A stretch of 64,000 nt of DNA from an uncultured Melioribacter sp. Lineage in GTDB: Bacteria > Bacteroidota > Ignavibacteria > Ignavibacteriales > Melioribacteraceae. The notes below the pieces were generated by a model that ran no database searches, was not told where the DNA came from, and saw nothing but the letters and a program-made list of their open reading frames with translations. Of the stretch, positions 42,095 through 51,294 are shown in pieces. The DNA lies in contig CAZQQC010000001.1 in NCBI GenBank assembly GCA_964595365.1, positions 34,238-98,237 on the forward strand. The letters run 5' to 3'. Positions within the stretch are counted from its first letter, which is position 1. Each line of letters begins with the position of its first letter. Both the position numbers and the translations under genes were made by a program.

Positions 42095-42541
42095 TCAAAA
42101 ACTAATTAAAACTTTTGCTTTGACGATGTTGGAAAAATTTATTTTGTATTCGGAATTTTTTTCCATAAAAAAAAGATTGTCGTCTTCGATTCGGGTTAAT
42201 TTTCCGATCAGTTTTTTTATTTCTTCGCCGTACTTGAATTCGATTTCAAACTTTCTACCGATATGCTTTCCGTACTGAACCAGAAATTTCAGAGGCCTTT
42301 CCACACCGGGCGAAGAAACATCCAGCCGGTAATTACCTTCAATAAGGTTTTCGGCTTGAATTAATTCATTCATCGACCGGCTGACACCGGTACAATCATC
42401 AATCGTAATTCCCTTTTCACCGTCAATAAAAACTTCAATAATTCTAAGATGGTGATCGCCGCGGAAGGCAAGATCGACCAATACAAAGCCATGAGCTTTA
42501 ACTATTTCTTCAATTCTACTATAAACTTGCTGTTTTTCCAT
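42095..42541 (-). CDS. rimP: Ribosome maturation factor RimP
   Basis: MEKQQVYSRIEEIVKAHGFVLVDLAFRG... is a typical RimP N-terminus. The longer track ORF would read through the proC terminator hairpin. Confidence 0.9.
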   Translation of the reverse strand: MEKQQVYSRIEEIVKAHGFVLVDLAFRGDHHLRIIEVFIDGEKGITIDDCTGVSRSMNELIQAENLIEGNYRLDVSSPGVERPLKFLVQYGKHIGRKFEIEFKYGEEIKKLIGKLTRIEDDNLFFMEKNSEYKINFSNIVKAKVLISF

Positions 42542-42550
42542 ATTACACAA

Positions 42551-42575
42551 ATAAAAATCGCCCTCGAGGGGCGAA
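42551..42575 (-). terminator. Rho-independent terminator after proC
   Basis: Minus strand reads TCGCCCC-tcga-GGGCGA followed by TTTTTAT, between the proC stop (42652) and the rimP start (42541). Confidence 0.6.
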
Positions 42576-42651
42576 ATGGATGGCATAAAAATATAAAGAT
42601 TATCTTGAATAAGCAAACCTCTATTAGTACATACAAAAATTAACAAAAAAT

Positions 42652-43467
42652 TTATTTATCGACCGCGTAAAGATGTTTAGCTTTCTCCGCAGAAGCTACA
42701 ATACCTTTTATGAGGGACGAACTAAATCCGGAATGTTCCATTTGATTCAATCCTGTAATAGTGCAGCCGCGCGGCGTAGTAACTTTATCAACTTCACCCT
42801 CGGGATGAGCATTGCCATCAATTATCATTGCCGCGGCTCCTTTTGCAGTTTGCGCCGCCATGAACAAAGCATCTTCAGCATGGAAACCAATTTCAATTCC
42901 GCCCTGCGAGGCAGCACGGATCGCTCGAAGGAAAAACGCTATTCCACAAGCACATAATGCAGTAGCAGGAACCATTAACTCTTCATGTATTACAACCGTT
43001 TTGCCGAGCTGATCAAAAATATTTTTCGATACTTCAAGCGCTGCCCTGTCATGCTCGTCTGCGCTGATGCACGTCATCGATTCCTGGATTGCGATTGCAG
43101 TATTCGGCATCACTCTAACAACCGGGATATTCTTCTGAATATGAGATTTAATCTGTTTGACGGAAGCACCCGAAACAACAGAAAGCACAACGTGATATTT
43201 TTCATCCAGCACGTTTCGGATTTCATCTACAACTCCATCCAGTTGCTGGGGTGTAACAGCAATTATTATAATTTCCGAATTTTTAACTGCATCAGCATTG
43301 TCGGAAGTAGTTTTGAAACCTTTATCTAAAAATTTCTTTAATGCTTCTTCGGACCGGCGCGTTACAAATAATTGATTCGGCTTATACATTCCGGATTTTA
43401 GCAATCCATGTGCGATAGCACTACCTATGTTTCCGCATCCTAATATTGCAATTTTTTTTGTATGCAT
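42652..43467 (-). CDS. proC: Pyrroline-5-carboxylate reductase
   Basis: 271 aa. IAILGCGNIGSAIAHGL Rossmann motif and C-terminal TTPRGCTITGL. Confidence 0.9.
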   Translation of the reverse strand: MHTKKIAILGCGNIGSAIAHGLLKSGMYKPNQLFVTRRSEEALKKFLDKGFKTTSDNADAVKNSEIIIIAVTPQQLDGVVDEIRNVLDEKYHVVLSVVSGASVKQIKSHIQKNIPVVRVMPNTAIAIQESMTCISADEHDRAALEVSKNIFDQLGKTVVIHEELMVPATALCACGIAFFLRAIRAASQGGIEIGFHAEDALFMAAQTAKGAAAMIIDGNAHPEGEVDKVTTPRGCTITGLNQMEHSGFSSSLIKGIVASAEKAKHLYAVDK

Positions 43468-43594
43468 ATATTTACCTCATATAGTTGTCTAATAAAATTC
43501 GTTAAGTTTTTTACACAGGATTTGTTTCGGAAGAATTACGAACTCTTTTTTCTAACGATGAGAGCTCATACAAAGTTTCTGCGTAATGTAATTT

Positions 43595-44326
43595 TTAATC
43601 TATCTTAAACGAAGCGCTGACTACAGCGGTAATTTCTTTTTCGATTGAAGTCACATCATTGATTCCGTAATCGGAAACAGTATTAGAATTTCTGGGAGTA
43701 ATTTGAATGACACCCATCCGTGCACTTCGAAGCGTACCTAAAGTTCGCCCGGTAGACGCTGCTATCTTTGCCGCACGATCCATAGCGTTCCTTGCAGCTT
43801 CGGCTTGTATTTCTATTTTCAGATCATCAATCTTTGTATAAAGATATTCCGGCTGTTCTACATTAATATTTAATCCTTGTTCTACCAAAGAACTCATGGA
43901 AAGTGAAAGCTCTTTTATTTTCTTAACATCCGTCGAATGTACTGCAATTCTTTGGCTGTAAAAATAATGCGAAATGTTTTGAGTTATTGCACCATTTGAT
44001 GCGACCTGATAAACGGGATAACCGTTAATCCCAAATATTTCTATCTGTTCTTTTGTAAAACCTTTTTTCTCCAGATACTTCAAAGCAACGGGCGATTGTT
44101 GCACCAGAGTCTGATAGGCAGTTTTTCTATCCGGCGCCGTTGCCTGTAATGCTACGCGTTGAATTCCATAATCTGAAACAATTTGTCTTTTCGCAGAGCC
44201 GGTAACAGTTATAGTTTGATCTGCACTCTTTGCGGATTTCCAGACAAGCGAAAAAATAATTACCGATACAACTATTGCACCAGCTAATATAGAGAGTGGC
44301 AACAATAAATTGTTTTTTTCTTTCAT
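43595..44326 (-). CDS. SIMPL-domain (DUF541) periplasmic protein
   Basis: 243 aa with an N-terminal TM/signal. ITVTGSAKRQIVSD... and ARNAMDRAAKIAASTG are typical of the SIMPL/26-kDa periplasmic antigen family. Confidence 0.75.
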   Translation of the reverse strand: MKEKNNLLLPLSILAGAIVVSVIIFSLVWKSAKSADQTITVTGSAKRQIVSDYGIQRVALQATAPDRKTAYQTLVQQSPVALKYLEKKGFTKEQIEIFGINGYPVYQVASNGAITQNISHYFYSQRIAVHSTDVKKIKELSLSMSSLVEQGLNINVEQPEYLYTKIDDLKIEIQAEAARNAMDRAAKIAASTGRTLGTLRSARMGVIQITPRNSNTVSDYGINDVTSIEKEITAVVSASFKID

Positions 44327-44440
44327 GACCGGATCTCCTAATGGTTTAGATTTCTAAAAGCAAATTTAAAATTTTACCGCTTCAATTACCTATCATAATT
44401 ATTTTGGGGGGTTGAACAAGACCCACGGCTCTTAACTTGG

Positions 44441-44456
44441 TAGGAATTAATTCCTA
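44441..44456. promoter_or_regulatory. Perfect 16-nt palindrome TAGGAATTAATTCCTA (candidate operator)
   Basis: Seen directly in the sequence, 115 nt upstream of the SIMPL gene start. The flanking A/T run is on the wrong side for a terminator on either strand. Confidence 0.25.
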
Positions 44457-44560
44457 AAAAAAGCCTCGACTCCACAGTGTTTCCTTAATCTTGAACCTCA
44501 ATTTCAAAAAAGGGTTTTTAAGATTTAAACCTAAAATTTATTACGAGCCAAAGTTCTATC

Positions 44561-45691
44561 TTAAGAAAGTCTGGAAAGTATTTCGTCGCAAACTGCATAC
44601 CCATTCGGTGTGAAAAAAAGAAGTTGTTCTTTTTCGATGAGAAATTTTTTTTGCTTAAGATGATCCAGCAATTTTTGATTTTGCAACAACCATTTATTTC
44701 CAAAACGGTTTTTCAGATCTACTAAATCCAATCCTTTACTGCGGAGAGCAAGCATTACGTATTCATCCAGCATTTCATTTGCAGTTAGGATTTCTTCTCC
44801 AATCTTAGCGTGACCTTTCAAACCAACCGACTTATTATAAAATGTTAACGAAGAAAAATTCCACCAACGCTTGCCGTCGGCAAATGAATGAGCCGAAGTA
44901 CCGAACCCCAGATAATCTTTATAGCGCCAATACACATTGTTGTGAACACACTCGAATCCGTTGCGTGCAAAGTTCGATACTTCATACTGATTGAATCCGT
45001 TGCCCGTAAGAAATTCGATCGTTGCTTCGTAAAGGCCGGCGTCGTGATCTTCACTTTGCATTTTCACTTTTCCATCAAGAACCATTTTATTAAGGATTGT
45101 TCCTCGTTCCAAAATTAAGCTGTATGCAGATAAATGTTTGATCGGAAGTTTTATTGCATGTTCAAGATTCAGTTTCCATTTTTCTTTGGTTTGATCCGGC
45201 AGGTTAAAAATCAAATCGAGACTGATGTTTTCGAAACCGCTTTCAGCCGCATCATAAACGGTTCTAATTGCAGTTCCGGCATCGTGAATTCGTGTTAGGA
45301 ATTTCAATTCGGCGTTGTCGAATGATTGGATACCGATACTGATTCTGTTCACACCGGCTTTTCTAAAACCCGCAAGCTTTTGTTTATTCACAGTGCCGGG
45401 ATTAGTCTCCATAGTTATTTCGGCATTATTTGCAATAGAAAATATATTTTTTACATGTTCAATAATCTCCGAAATATATTCAGGCTGCAAGAACGAGGGG
45501 GTTCCTCCGCCCAAATAGATAGAAATAATCTTCCTGTCGTAAGAATATTTTGCCGAATAAAATTCTATTTCCTTTTTGAGAAATGTTAAATAAGAGGAAA
45601 TATTTTCGTACGAGATAATGGAGTAGAAATCACAATATATGCATTTGTGATCGCAGAACGGAATATGAATATAAATAGCGGTGTTTTTCAA
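44561..45691 (-). CDS. hemW: Radical SAM heme chaperone HemW (HemN-like)
   Basis: 376 aa. IHIPFCDHKCIYCDF (CxxxCxxC) and GGGTPS. TTG start. Confidence 0.9.
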   Translation of the reverse strand: MKNTAIYIHIPFCDHKCIYCDFYSIISYENISSYLTFLKKEIEFYSAKYSYDRKIISIYLGGGTPSFLQPEYISEIIEHVKNIFSIANNAEITMETNPGTVNKQKLAGFRKAGVNRISIGIQSFDNAELKFLTRIHDAGTAIRTVYDAAESGFENISLDLIFNLPDQTKEKWKLNLEHAIKLPIKHLSAYSLILERGTILNKMVLDGKVKMQSEDHDAGLYEATIEFLTGNGFNQYEVSNFARNGFECVHNNVYWRYKDYLGFGTSAHSFADGKRWWNFSSLTFYNKSVGLKGHAKIGEEILTANEMLDEYVMLALRSKGLDLVDLKNRFGNKWLLQNQKLLDHLKQKKFLIEKEQLLFFTPNGYAVCDEILSRLS

Positions 45692-45735
45692 GACATAACT
45701 TTTTAAAATTTTAGGACAAAGATAAAAAAGAGAAG

Positions 45736-45753
45736 TGGCTGTCTAAAAAGTAA
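45736..45753 (-). repeat. 18-mer ATTACTTTTTAGACAGCC (minus-strand reading), copy 1, upstream of hemW
   Basis: Matches 55930-55947 at 17 of 18 positions. Both copies sit 45-55 nt upstream of a start codon. Confidence 0.5.
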
Positions 45754-45871
45754 TACTCTTTATGAAAGATAGCGCACAGATATCTCACATTTAAATCGAT
45801 TCTAACGGATCATAATTTTGAATAATTACTTTTTACACAACCACTCAGCAGATCAAAAACTTTAATGAAAA

Positions 45872-46957
45872 CTAAAATCCGAATGAGATACCGGCGCTTG
45901 CAGTGTTTATCTTTGCAAACTTGTAATCGGCATTAATGTTCACAACAGCAAGACGAAGATTGAACCCGATTACGGCGGAGTTAGAATTCTCTCCTTTCAG
46001 ATCAAACGAAATTTTTACAGGAGGAACCCGAACACCGTTTATAGTCTGATTAGATTGATAATTATACGAAACCGTTGTCTTGGATGTTTCAGTTGTTACT
46101 CCTGCGTATGGAGTTATCGAAATAATAAAACCAAAAGTTTTACTTACATATAAACCGGCTTGAGTTGCATTGGTTTCAAAAATATCTCCAACTTTCATTC
46201 TTTGAGTAAAGAAACCAACACCAAGATCAAGCGGTATAGGATTTGGAAACCAAACACCGATATTATGAATAAAACCCGCTCCAAAGAAACTAAACTTTCC
46301 CATGTTTTGAATATTAACGTCAGGAAAATATCTTATTGCCACATTGGTTCCGAAAACAGTTCCAACTGTAAGCTGAGCTGCTGCGGTTGGAAATCCGGCT
46401 AATTCATCTAGATAGCCATAAACCTGAGGTATATTGACTGCATATTGCTGAACAGTGTAAGAATTAAGACCGTTCGTTGAAGTAACTGTCTGAGCCGGAA
46501 ATATAATTTTCAGATAATCATTTTTTTTACCAATGATTGTTGGACCGGAAAATGTAACGCTGAACTGTTTCGAAATCATAGCCTGTCTTAAATCACTATA
46601 ATTAGCCTGACCCATTGTTGCAGGTGTAAGATTGGAATTCTGAAGAATCTGATCTACCTGGCTTCCGGAAAAATAGAATCCTCCCTGTGCACCAAAGTTC
46701 TTTACATTGCTGGAAAAAAACGAACCCATCGCAATTATTTTTAGGTCGAGATGAAATCCAAGTGTTGTTGCAGATGGAACCTGAGATACCCATCCAGAAT
46801 TTAAATTTGAACCGAATGCAGAGATAACCGGTTTAACATACGCAACACCTACCGAACTGGAAAGGCTGGATAACGTTTCTCCCAAACTTTGTGCTTTAAC
46901 CGAAGCAGAGCAAAACAACCCCAGAATGATAAATACAGAAAAAAGTCTTTTGTACAT
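45872..46957 (-). CDS. Outer-membrane protein, hypothetical
   Basis: 361 aa with a signal peptide (ASVKAQS), beta-strand-rich, ending in ...GISFGF. Confidence 0.55.
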   Translation of the reverse strand: MYKRLFSVFIILGLFCSASVKAQSLGETLSSLSSSVGVAYVKPVISAFGSNLNSGWVSQVPSATTLGFHLDLKIIAMGSFFSSNVKNFGAQGGFYFSGSQVDQILQNSNLTPATMGQANYSDLRQAMISKQFSVTFSGPTIIGKKNDYLKIIFPAQTVTSTNGLNSYTVQQYAVNIPQVYGYLDELAGFPTAAAQLTVGTVFGTNVAIRYFPDVNIQNMGKFSFFGAGFIHNIGVWFPNPIPLDLGVGFFTQRMKVGDIFETNATQAGLYVSKTFGFIISITPYAGVTTETSKTTVSYNYQSNQTINGVRVPPVKISFDLKGENSNSAVIGFNLRLAVVNINADYKFAKINTASAGISFGF

Positions 46958-47061
46958 ACTCTTCTCCTATTTGATTTAATATCCTGTGTGAATTTAATGA
47001 ACTAAACTCTCTTGGTAAAGAAAATAGTGGTTTTAGACTTAATTTGTGCTGGCAATCAAAT

Positions 47062-48774
47062 TTAATTTTTGTCTAATCCCATCAATTCACGCGCACCGTT
47101 CAAAGAGACTTCCGTAACTTTTTCACCGCTCATAAGTTTAGCTACTTCTTCTATCCGTTCATGTTCATTCAGCTTTCGGATTGAACTTACAACACGGCTA
47201 CCTAATTTTTTCTTTTCCACTGCAAAGTGAAGATGTGCCAAACCAGCTATCTGTGGCAGATGTGTTATAGCAATAACTTGATGATATACCGCAAGAGATT
47301 TTAGCGTTTGTCCCACTTTTTGAGCAATGCGTCCGCTTACGCCAGTATCAATTTCATCGAAGACAAGAATTGGAAGTTTGTCGGATTTTGCAAGAATGGA
47401 TTTCAACGCAAGCATTATTCGGGAAACTTCGCCGCCGGAAGCAACTTTGATTAACGGTTTGGGATTTTCTCCGGCATTTGTGGAAATAAAAAATTCTGTT
47501 TTATCGATGCCGTTATAATCATATTTATATTTTGCCGAATCGACAATTATGAAGTTCTCTGTTCCGTCGTCAGCTTTTTCATTTTCAATTTTGACTTGAA
47601 AATTGGAGTCTGAAATACCAACAGATTTTAATGCTTCCTCTATTTCTTTTTTAATTTTTTTCGAAATCACTTTTCTTTCTGATGAGAGCTTCTTCGCAAG
47701 TTCACCGCAGTTTTGTCTCAACAGATCAACCTTACTGCTTATTTCATCCAACTTGACGGAAAAGTTTTCCGCAAGTTCATATTCGGCTCCTATTTTCTTG
47801 CGATGTTCAATTAAGGCTTTCAATGAACCACCGAATTTTTTCTTGAGCAGATTTAACACCCCAAGTCTTTCCCGAACTTGCTCAAGATTTTTCTGATCCA
47901 GGTTAATTCTATCTTTGTAAGTCCTGACTTGCGAGGAGATTTCGTTGAGCAAAGCTAATGCAGTTTCACTCTCATTCAAGCTTTCTGAAAACGACTTATC
48001 GATCTGTGAGAGTTCGAAAAGTTTAGTCTTCACTTCTGCCAAACGATCCCGTATCGAATTCTCGCTGTCGTAAACGATATTATAAATTTCGTTCGAGAGT
48101 GATAAAAGCCGTTCGGAATTTTGCAAAATCTTCAATTCATCTTCCAACTTCTCTTCTTCATCTTCTCGAGGAGAAACCGCATCAATTTCTTTGATTTGAA
48201 ATTCATAAAGTTCACGCTTCTCTCTCAAAAAATTTTCTTTTTCTTTCAATGCCTTCTTCTCTTTCAATAGCATTGTCAGTTCATCGTAATATTTTCGATA
48301 CTCCGATAAATATTTATCAATGCCAGCAAATTCATCCAGCATTTCTATGTGAGTTTCATTTCGCAGCAGTGATTGGTGCTCGTGCTGCCCGTGAAGATCA
48401 ACCAACAGATCACCTGCTTCCTTAATTAGATTTAAGGTTACAGGAGTATCGTTCAAGAAACATCTGTTGGTTCCTTTCAGAGAAACTTCACGGCGAACGA
48501 TCAGTTCTGGATTATTTTCAATTTCGTTTTGATCCAACAAACTCCAAACCTTTTTATTGCCGGTAATTTCAAAAATGCCTTCCACTATTGATTTATCTGC
48601 ACCTTTTCTTACAATCTCAATAGAAGCCCTCTCACCTAAAAGCAAACCCATAGCATCAATTAAAATTGATTTACCGGCGCCGGTTTCACCCGTAATTATA
48701 TTCAGACCTTTACCGAATTCAACTTCGATATTTTCGATCAGCGCATAATCTTTTATTAACAGAGATCTAAGCAT
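47062..48774 (-). CDS. recN: DNA repair protein RecN
   Basis: 570 aa. Walker A GETGAGKS, long coiled coil, and C-terminal ASGGEVSRIMLAL...VFDEIDTG. Confidence 0.95.
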   Translation of the reverse strand: MLRSLLIKDYALIENIEVEFGKGLNIITGETGAGKSILIDAMGLLLGERASIEIVRKGADKSIVEGIFEITGNKKVWSLLDQNEIENNPELIVRREVSLKGTNRCFLNDTPVTLNLIKEAGDLLVDLHGQHEHQSLLRNETHIEMLDEFAGIDKYLSEYRKYYDELTMLLKEKKALKEKENFLREKRELYEFQIKEIDAVSPREDEEEKLEDELKILQNSERLLSLSNEIYNIVYDSENSIRDRLAEVKTKLFELSQIDKSFSESLNESETALALLNEISSQVRTYKDRINLDQKNLEQVRERLGVLNLLKKKFGGSLKALIEHRKKIGAEYELAENFSVKLDEISSKVDLLRQNCGELAKKLSSERKVISKKIKKEIEEALKSVGISDSNFQVKIENEKADDGTENFIIVDSAKYKYDYNGIDKTEFFISTNAGENPKPLIKVASGGEVSRIMLALKSILAKSDKLPILVFDEIDTGVSGRIAQKVGQTLKSLAVYHQVIAITHLPQIAGLAHLHFAVEKKKLGSRVVSSIRKLNEHERIEEVAKLMSGEKVTEVSLNGARELMGLDKN

Positions 48775-49001
48775 ACAGCGTTTGATAAGTTGATACGAAT
48801 ATTGTGAATGAGCTAATAAGTAGCAAGTAATTTAAAATCGATTTAAGTAACACACCTTATGCAAGGTTTGATCTACAATGAAAAAATATAATTGTGAAAC
48901 TACTATTTTCTACAAACAACAAAAATTCATTTGTTAAGTCCAAACCCTGCGTAACATCAATGAGTAAATTTTATTTCTTACGAAGGTTCAATCGAACTAA
49001 T

Positions 49002-49030
49002 TTGACATTGCCTCGATGGTTCAATATATT
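49002..49030 (+). promoter_or_regulatory. Near-consensus sigma70-type promoter (TTGACA-17 nt-TATATT)
   Basis: TTGACA at 49002-49007, a 17-nt spacer, and TATATT at 49025-49030. It lies about 130 nt upstream of the tRNA-fMet. Confidence 0.45.
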
Positions 49031-49168
49031 TTGCCCACGAGTTTGAAAAAATTGTTTTACAAAAAAAATTTGAGAGCGTTTTTATCAACGATTGATGCGA
49101 ATCGGGCATATCTCGACTATGATTTTCATCGAAGGACTAGTAATCCGAAGGTTGTAAAAAAATTATAT

Positions 49169-49241
<73 letters not shown>

Positions 49242-49250
49242 CAAAAATAA

Positions 49251-49288
49251 AACAATCTCATACGTAAGTGTGAGGTTGTTTTTGTTTT
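49251..49288 (+). terminator. Rho-independent terminator after the tRNA
   Basis: AACAATCTCATA-cgtaag-TGTGAGGTTGTT (with G:U pairs) followed by TTTGTTTT. Confidence 0.55.
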
Positions 49289-49313
49289 AAATAATATTGA
49301 GGACTGTCTATAT

Positions 49314-49574
49314 TTACGAATCCGGAATTTGCCAGTCTGTAATTTTCAAGAAATCAATCGTTAATTCTATACCGGTAACTTTCATTTCAAGGTTGGTCAG
49401 ATGTTTTTCCTGTTCTAAAATTTTCTTGGTTAAACCACGAGCACTGGAGCTGGTTGTAAAGTACAACGATACAAAAGCAATTATAAGCGTGTATTCACAA
49501 CCACCATGCATTGAATTAGAAGTTTTGTAATTTATTACCGTTTCATAGAATTGAATCATCCTTTCATCAATCAT
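49314..49574 (-). CDS. Orphan hypothetical protein (86 aa)
   Basis: ORF with plausible codon usage but no recognisable SD or motif. It may be a gene remnant. Confidence 0.3.
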   Translation of the reverse strand: MIDERMIQFYETVINYKTSNSMHGGCEYTLIIAFVSLYFTTSSSARGLTKKILEQEKHLTNLEMKVTGIELTIDFLKITDWQIPDS

Positions 49575-49690
49575 TACTAACCGAAAAGGAAACTTGCCTA
49601 TTTGTTTTCGTCAAAATCAGCCCCCGGTTTTTGGCACTTTATTTCAGAAAAATTTGTTATAGATTAAAACCACATGTAGGAAGGTTCGAT

Positions 49691-49795
49691 TTGGAGACTA
49701 TATTATTGTTGGGAGCTATGTTATTGTTTATAATTATCTTCTCAGCAAAAGCTTTCGGAATCTTTAAAGAATTAAACTCCGATAAAGAATTATAG
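49691..49795 (+). CDS. Possible 34-aa hydrophobic peptide (TTG start)
   Basis: AGGAAGG lies 6 nt upstream of TTG. The product (M)ETILLLGAMLLFIIIFSAKAFGIFKELNSDKEL has one TM helix and a charged tail. It is below the ORF-track size cutoff. Confidence 0.2.
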   Translation: METILLLGAMLLFIIIFSAKAFGIFKELNSDKEL

Positions 49796-49918
49796 TTTTT
49801 GCTTATTCGATAAAACAAAGGGTCTATCATTAAAAGAGCGGATCATTTTTGTTTTATAAAGGTCTTTCAGTAAAAAATCCAGCGTAATGATTCTGCCCCT
49901 ATAAAGTCCTGATCTAAT

Positions 49919-51289
49919 TCAATCTATTATAATTTCTTTCAGCAATTCGGCTGAATAGAGACGCGTTTGCGGAAAACTTTTGAGAATATTATAGCCAAGC
50001 CAATCCTTCGCATAATGATCGCCATGAACAAGCACAACTTTTTGGGGGTTGATTTTTTCAACCACTTGAAGAAGCTCTTCCCTTTTTGAATGAGACGAAA
50101 AATAAAATTTCTGAATCGCACATTTAACTTCATATTGTGCGCTGGAGTCGTACAGCTGAATTATTTCTCCCCGTTTCGAGTTGACAACTCTAAAGCCTGG
50201 AGTTTCCGGATCCATATAGCCCGCACTAAAAATGGCAAATGAATCTTGCCTCAACCAGTAATCTAAAAGTTTATAAGATGTTGTCCCCGGAAGCATCATG
50301 CCGCTAGACGCAAGCACTATACCTGGACTTTTTTTAAAAATGTTATAGTCTTCAATTTCAAACAAATCAATTTGGGGAACTTCTCCCAGCTCGAGACCCG
50401 GATCGGAATGTCGGACGATGTACCGGTTGTAATCGTAAATTTTTGAAATATCCCTCGCAATTCCACCCGTGTAGACATTTGTTTCCGTAAGCAGGCACTT
50501 TTTCATCAACAAATAAATTGATGCAAGAAGCTCTTGAGTTTTGCCAAGAGCGAAAGCTGGAATTAAAATAGAGCCGTCGTTGCGTAAAATCCGGTTAGCT
50601 GCTTTTGCAAATCTTGTTTCTTCGCTTTTCCACGTTCCAAGTTTTTGAGAATCCGTACCACCGTATGTAGATTCTAAAATCAAAGTATTAACGTTCCGGA
50701 TACTTTTTATGTTGGCTCCTACCATTACCGATTGACCGCTCAAATTAATATCGCCGGTGTAAAACACTTTATGTTCGCAATATTCAATAAGTATTCCGGC
50801 AGAGCCAAGAATGTGTCCGGCATCGAGGAAAGTAATCCAAATCGATTCGGACGAAGAATGCCTTAATCCTCGCAGTTCTATTTTTTCATCATAGTTTAAT
50901 CCGCGTATACTTCTAACCAAAAGATCAATTTCTTCGTGCGTATAAATCTTGAAGCCCGTTCCTTCAATTTGTTTTGCTGCCAGAATATTTGCAGCATTGT
51001 GCAAAGTGAGTTTCGAAATTTCTTTTGTTTGAACGGTAGAATAAATCACAACATGTGGAAAACATTGAATTAGAAACGGAAGAGAACCGATATGATCTTG
51101 ATGAGCATGACTTATAAAAGCAAAATCGAGAGGAAGATTTTCCAGCTGTTCGAATTTTGGCAATGCCCCGAATCCAAATTTTCGCGGATGAATTCCGCAA
51201 TCTAGTAGAATGCCGGTGTTATCAATATTCAGATAAAAGCAGCTGGCGCCAATTTCATCTGCGCCGCCAAGCGGAAGAAATTTTATCAT
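49919..51289 (-). CDS. MBL-fold beta-CASP family hydrolase (RNA-metabolising nuclease type)
   Basis: 456 aa. HAHQDHIGSLP (HxHxDH), a beta-CASP region, and C-terminal ...VHGD. Confidence 0.85.
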   Translation of the reverse strand: MIKFLPLGGADEIGASCFYLNIDNTGILLDCGIHPRKFGFGALPKFEQLENLPLDFAFISHAHQDHIGSLPFLIQCFPHVVIYSTVQTKEISKLTLHNAANILAAKQIEGTGFKIYTHEEIDLLVRSIRGLNYDEKIELRGLRHSSSESIWITFLDAGHILGSAGILIEYCEHKVFYTGDINLSGQSVMVGANIKSIRNVNTLILESTYGGTDSQKLGTWKSEETRFAKAANRILRNDGSILIPAFALGKTQELLASIYLLMKKCLLTETNVYTGGIARDISKIYDYNRYIVRHSDPGLELGEVPQIDLFEIEDYNIFKKSPGIVLASSGMMLPGTTSYKLLDYWLRQDSFAIFSAGYMDPETPGFRVVNSKRGEIIQLYDSSAQYEVKCAIQKFYFSSHSKREELLQVVEKINPQKVVLVHGDHYAKDWLGYNILKSFPQTRLYSAELLKEIIID

Positions 51290-51294
51290 AAAAG

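Noticed and set aside
48986-48997. Palindrome GTTCAATCGAAC in the recN/tRNA spacer as a LexA (SOS) box for recN
   Set aside because: The half-sites are in GTTC-N4-GAAC order, the reverse of the Cheo-box GAAC-N4-GTTC. The arms are only 4 nt. The site abuts the plus-strand tRNA promoter, more than 200 nt from the recN start.
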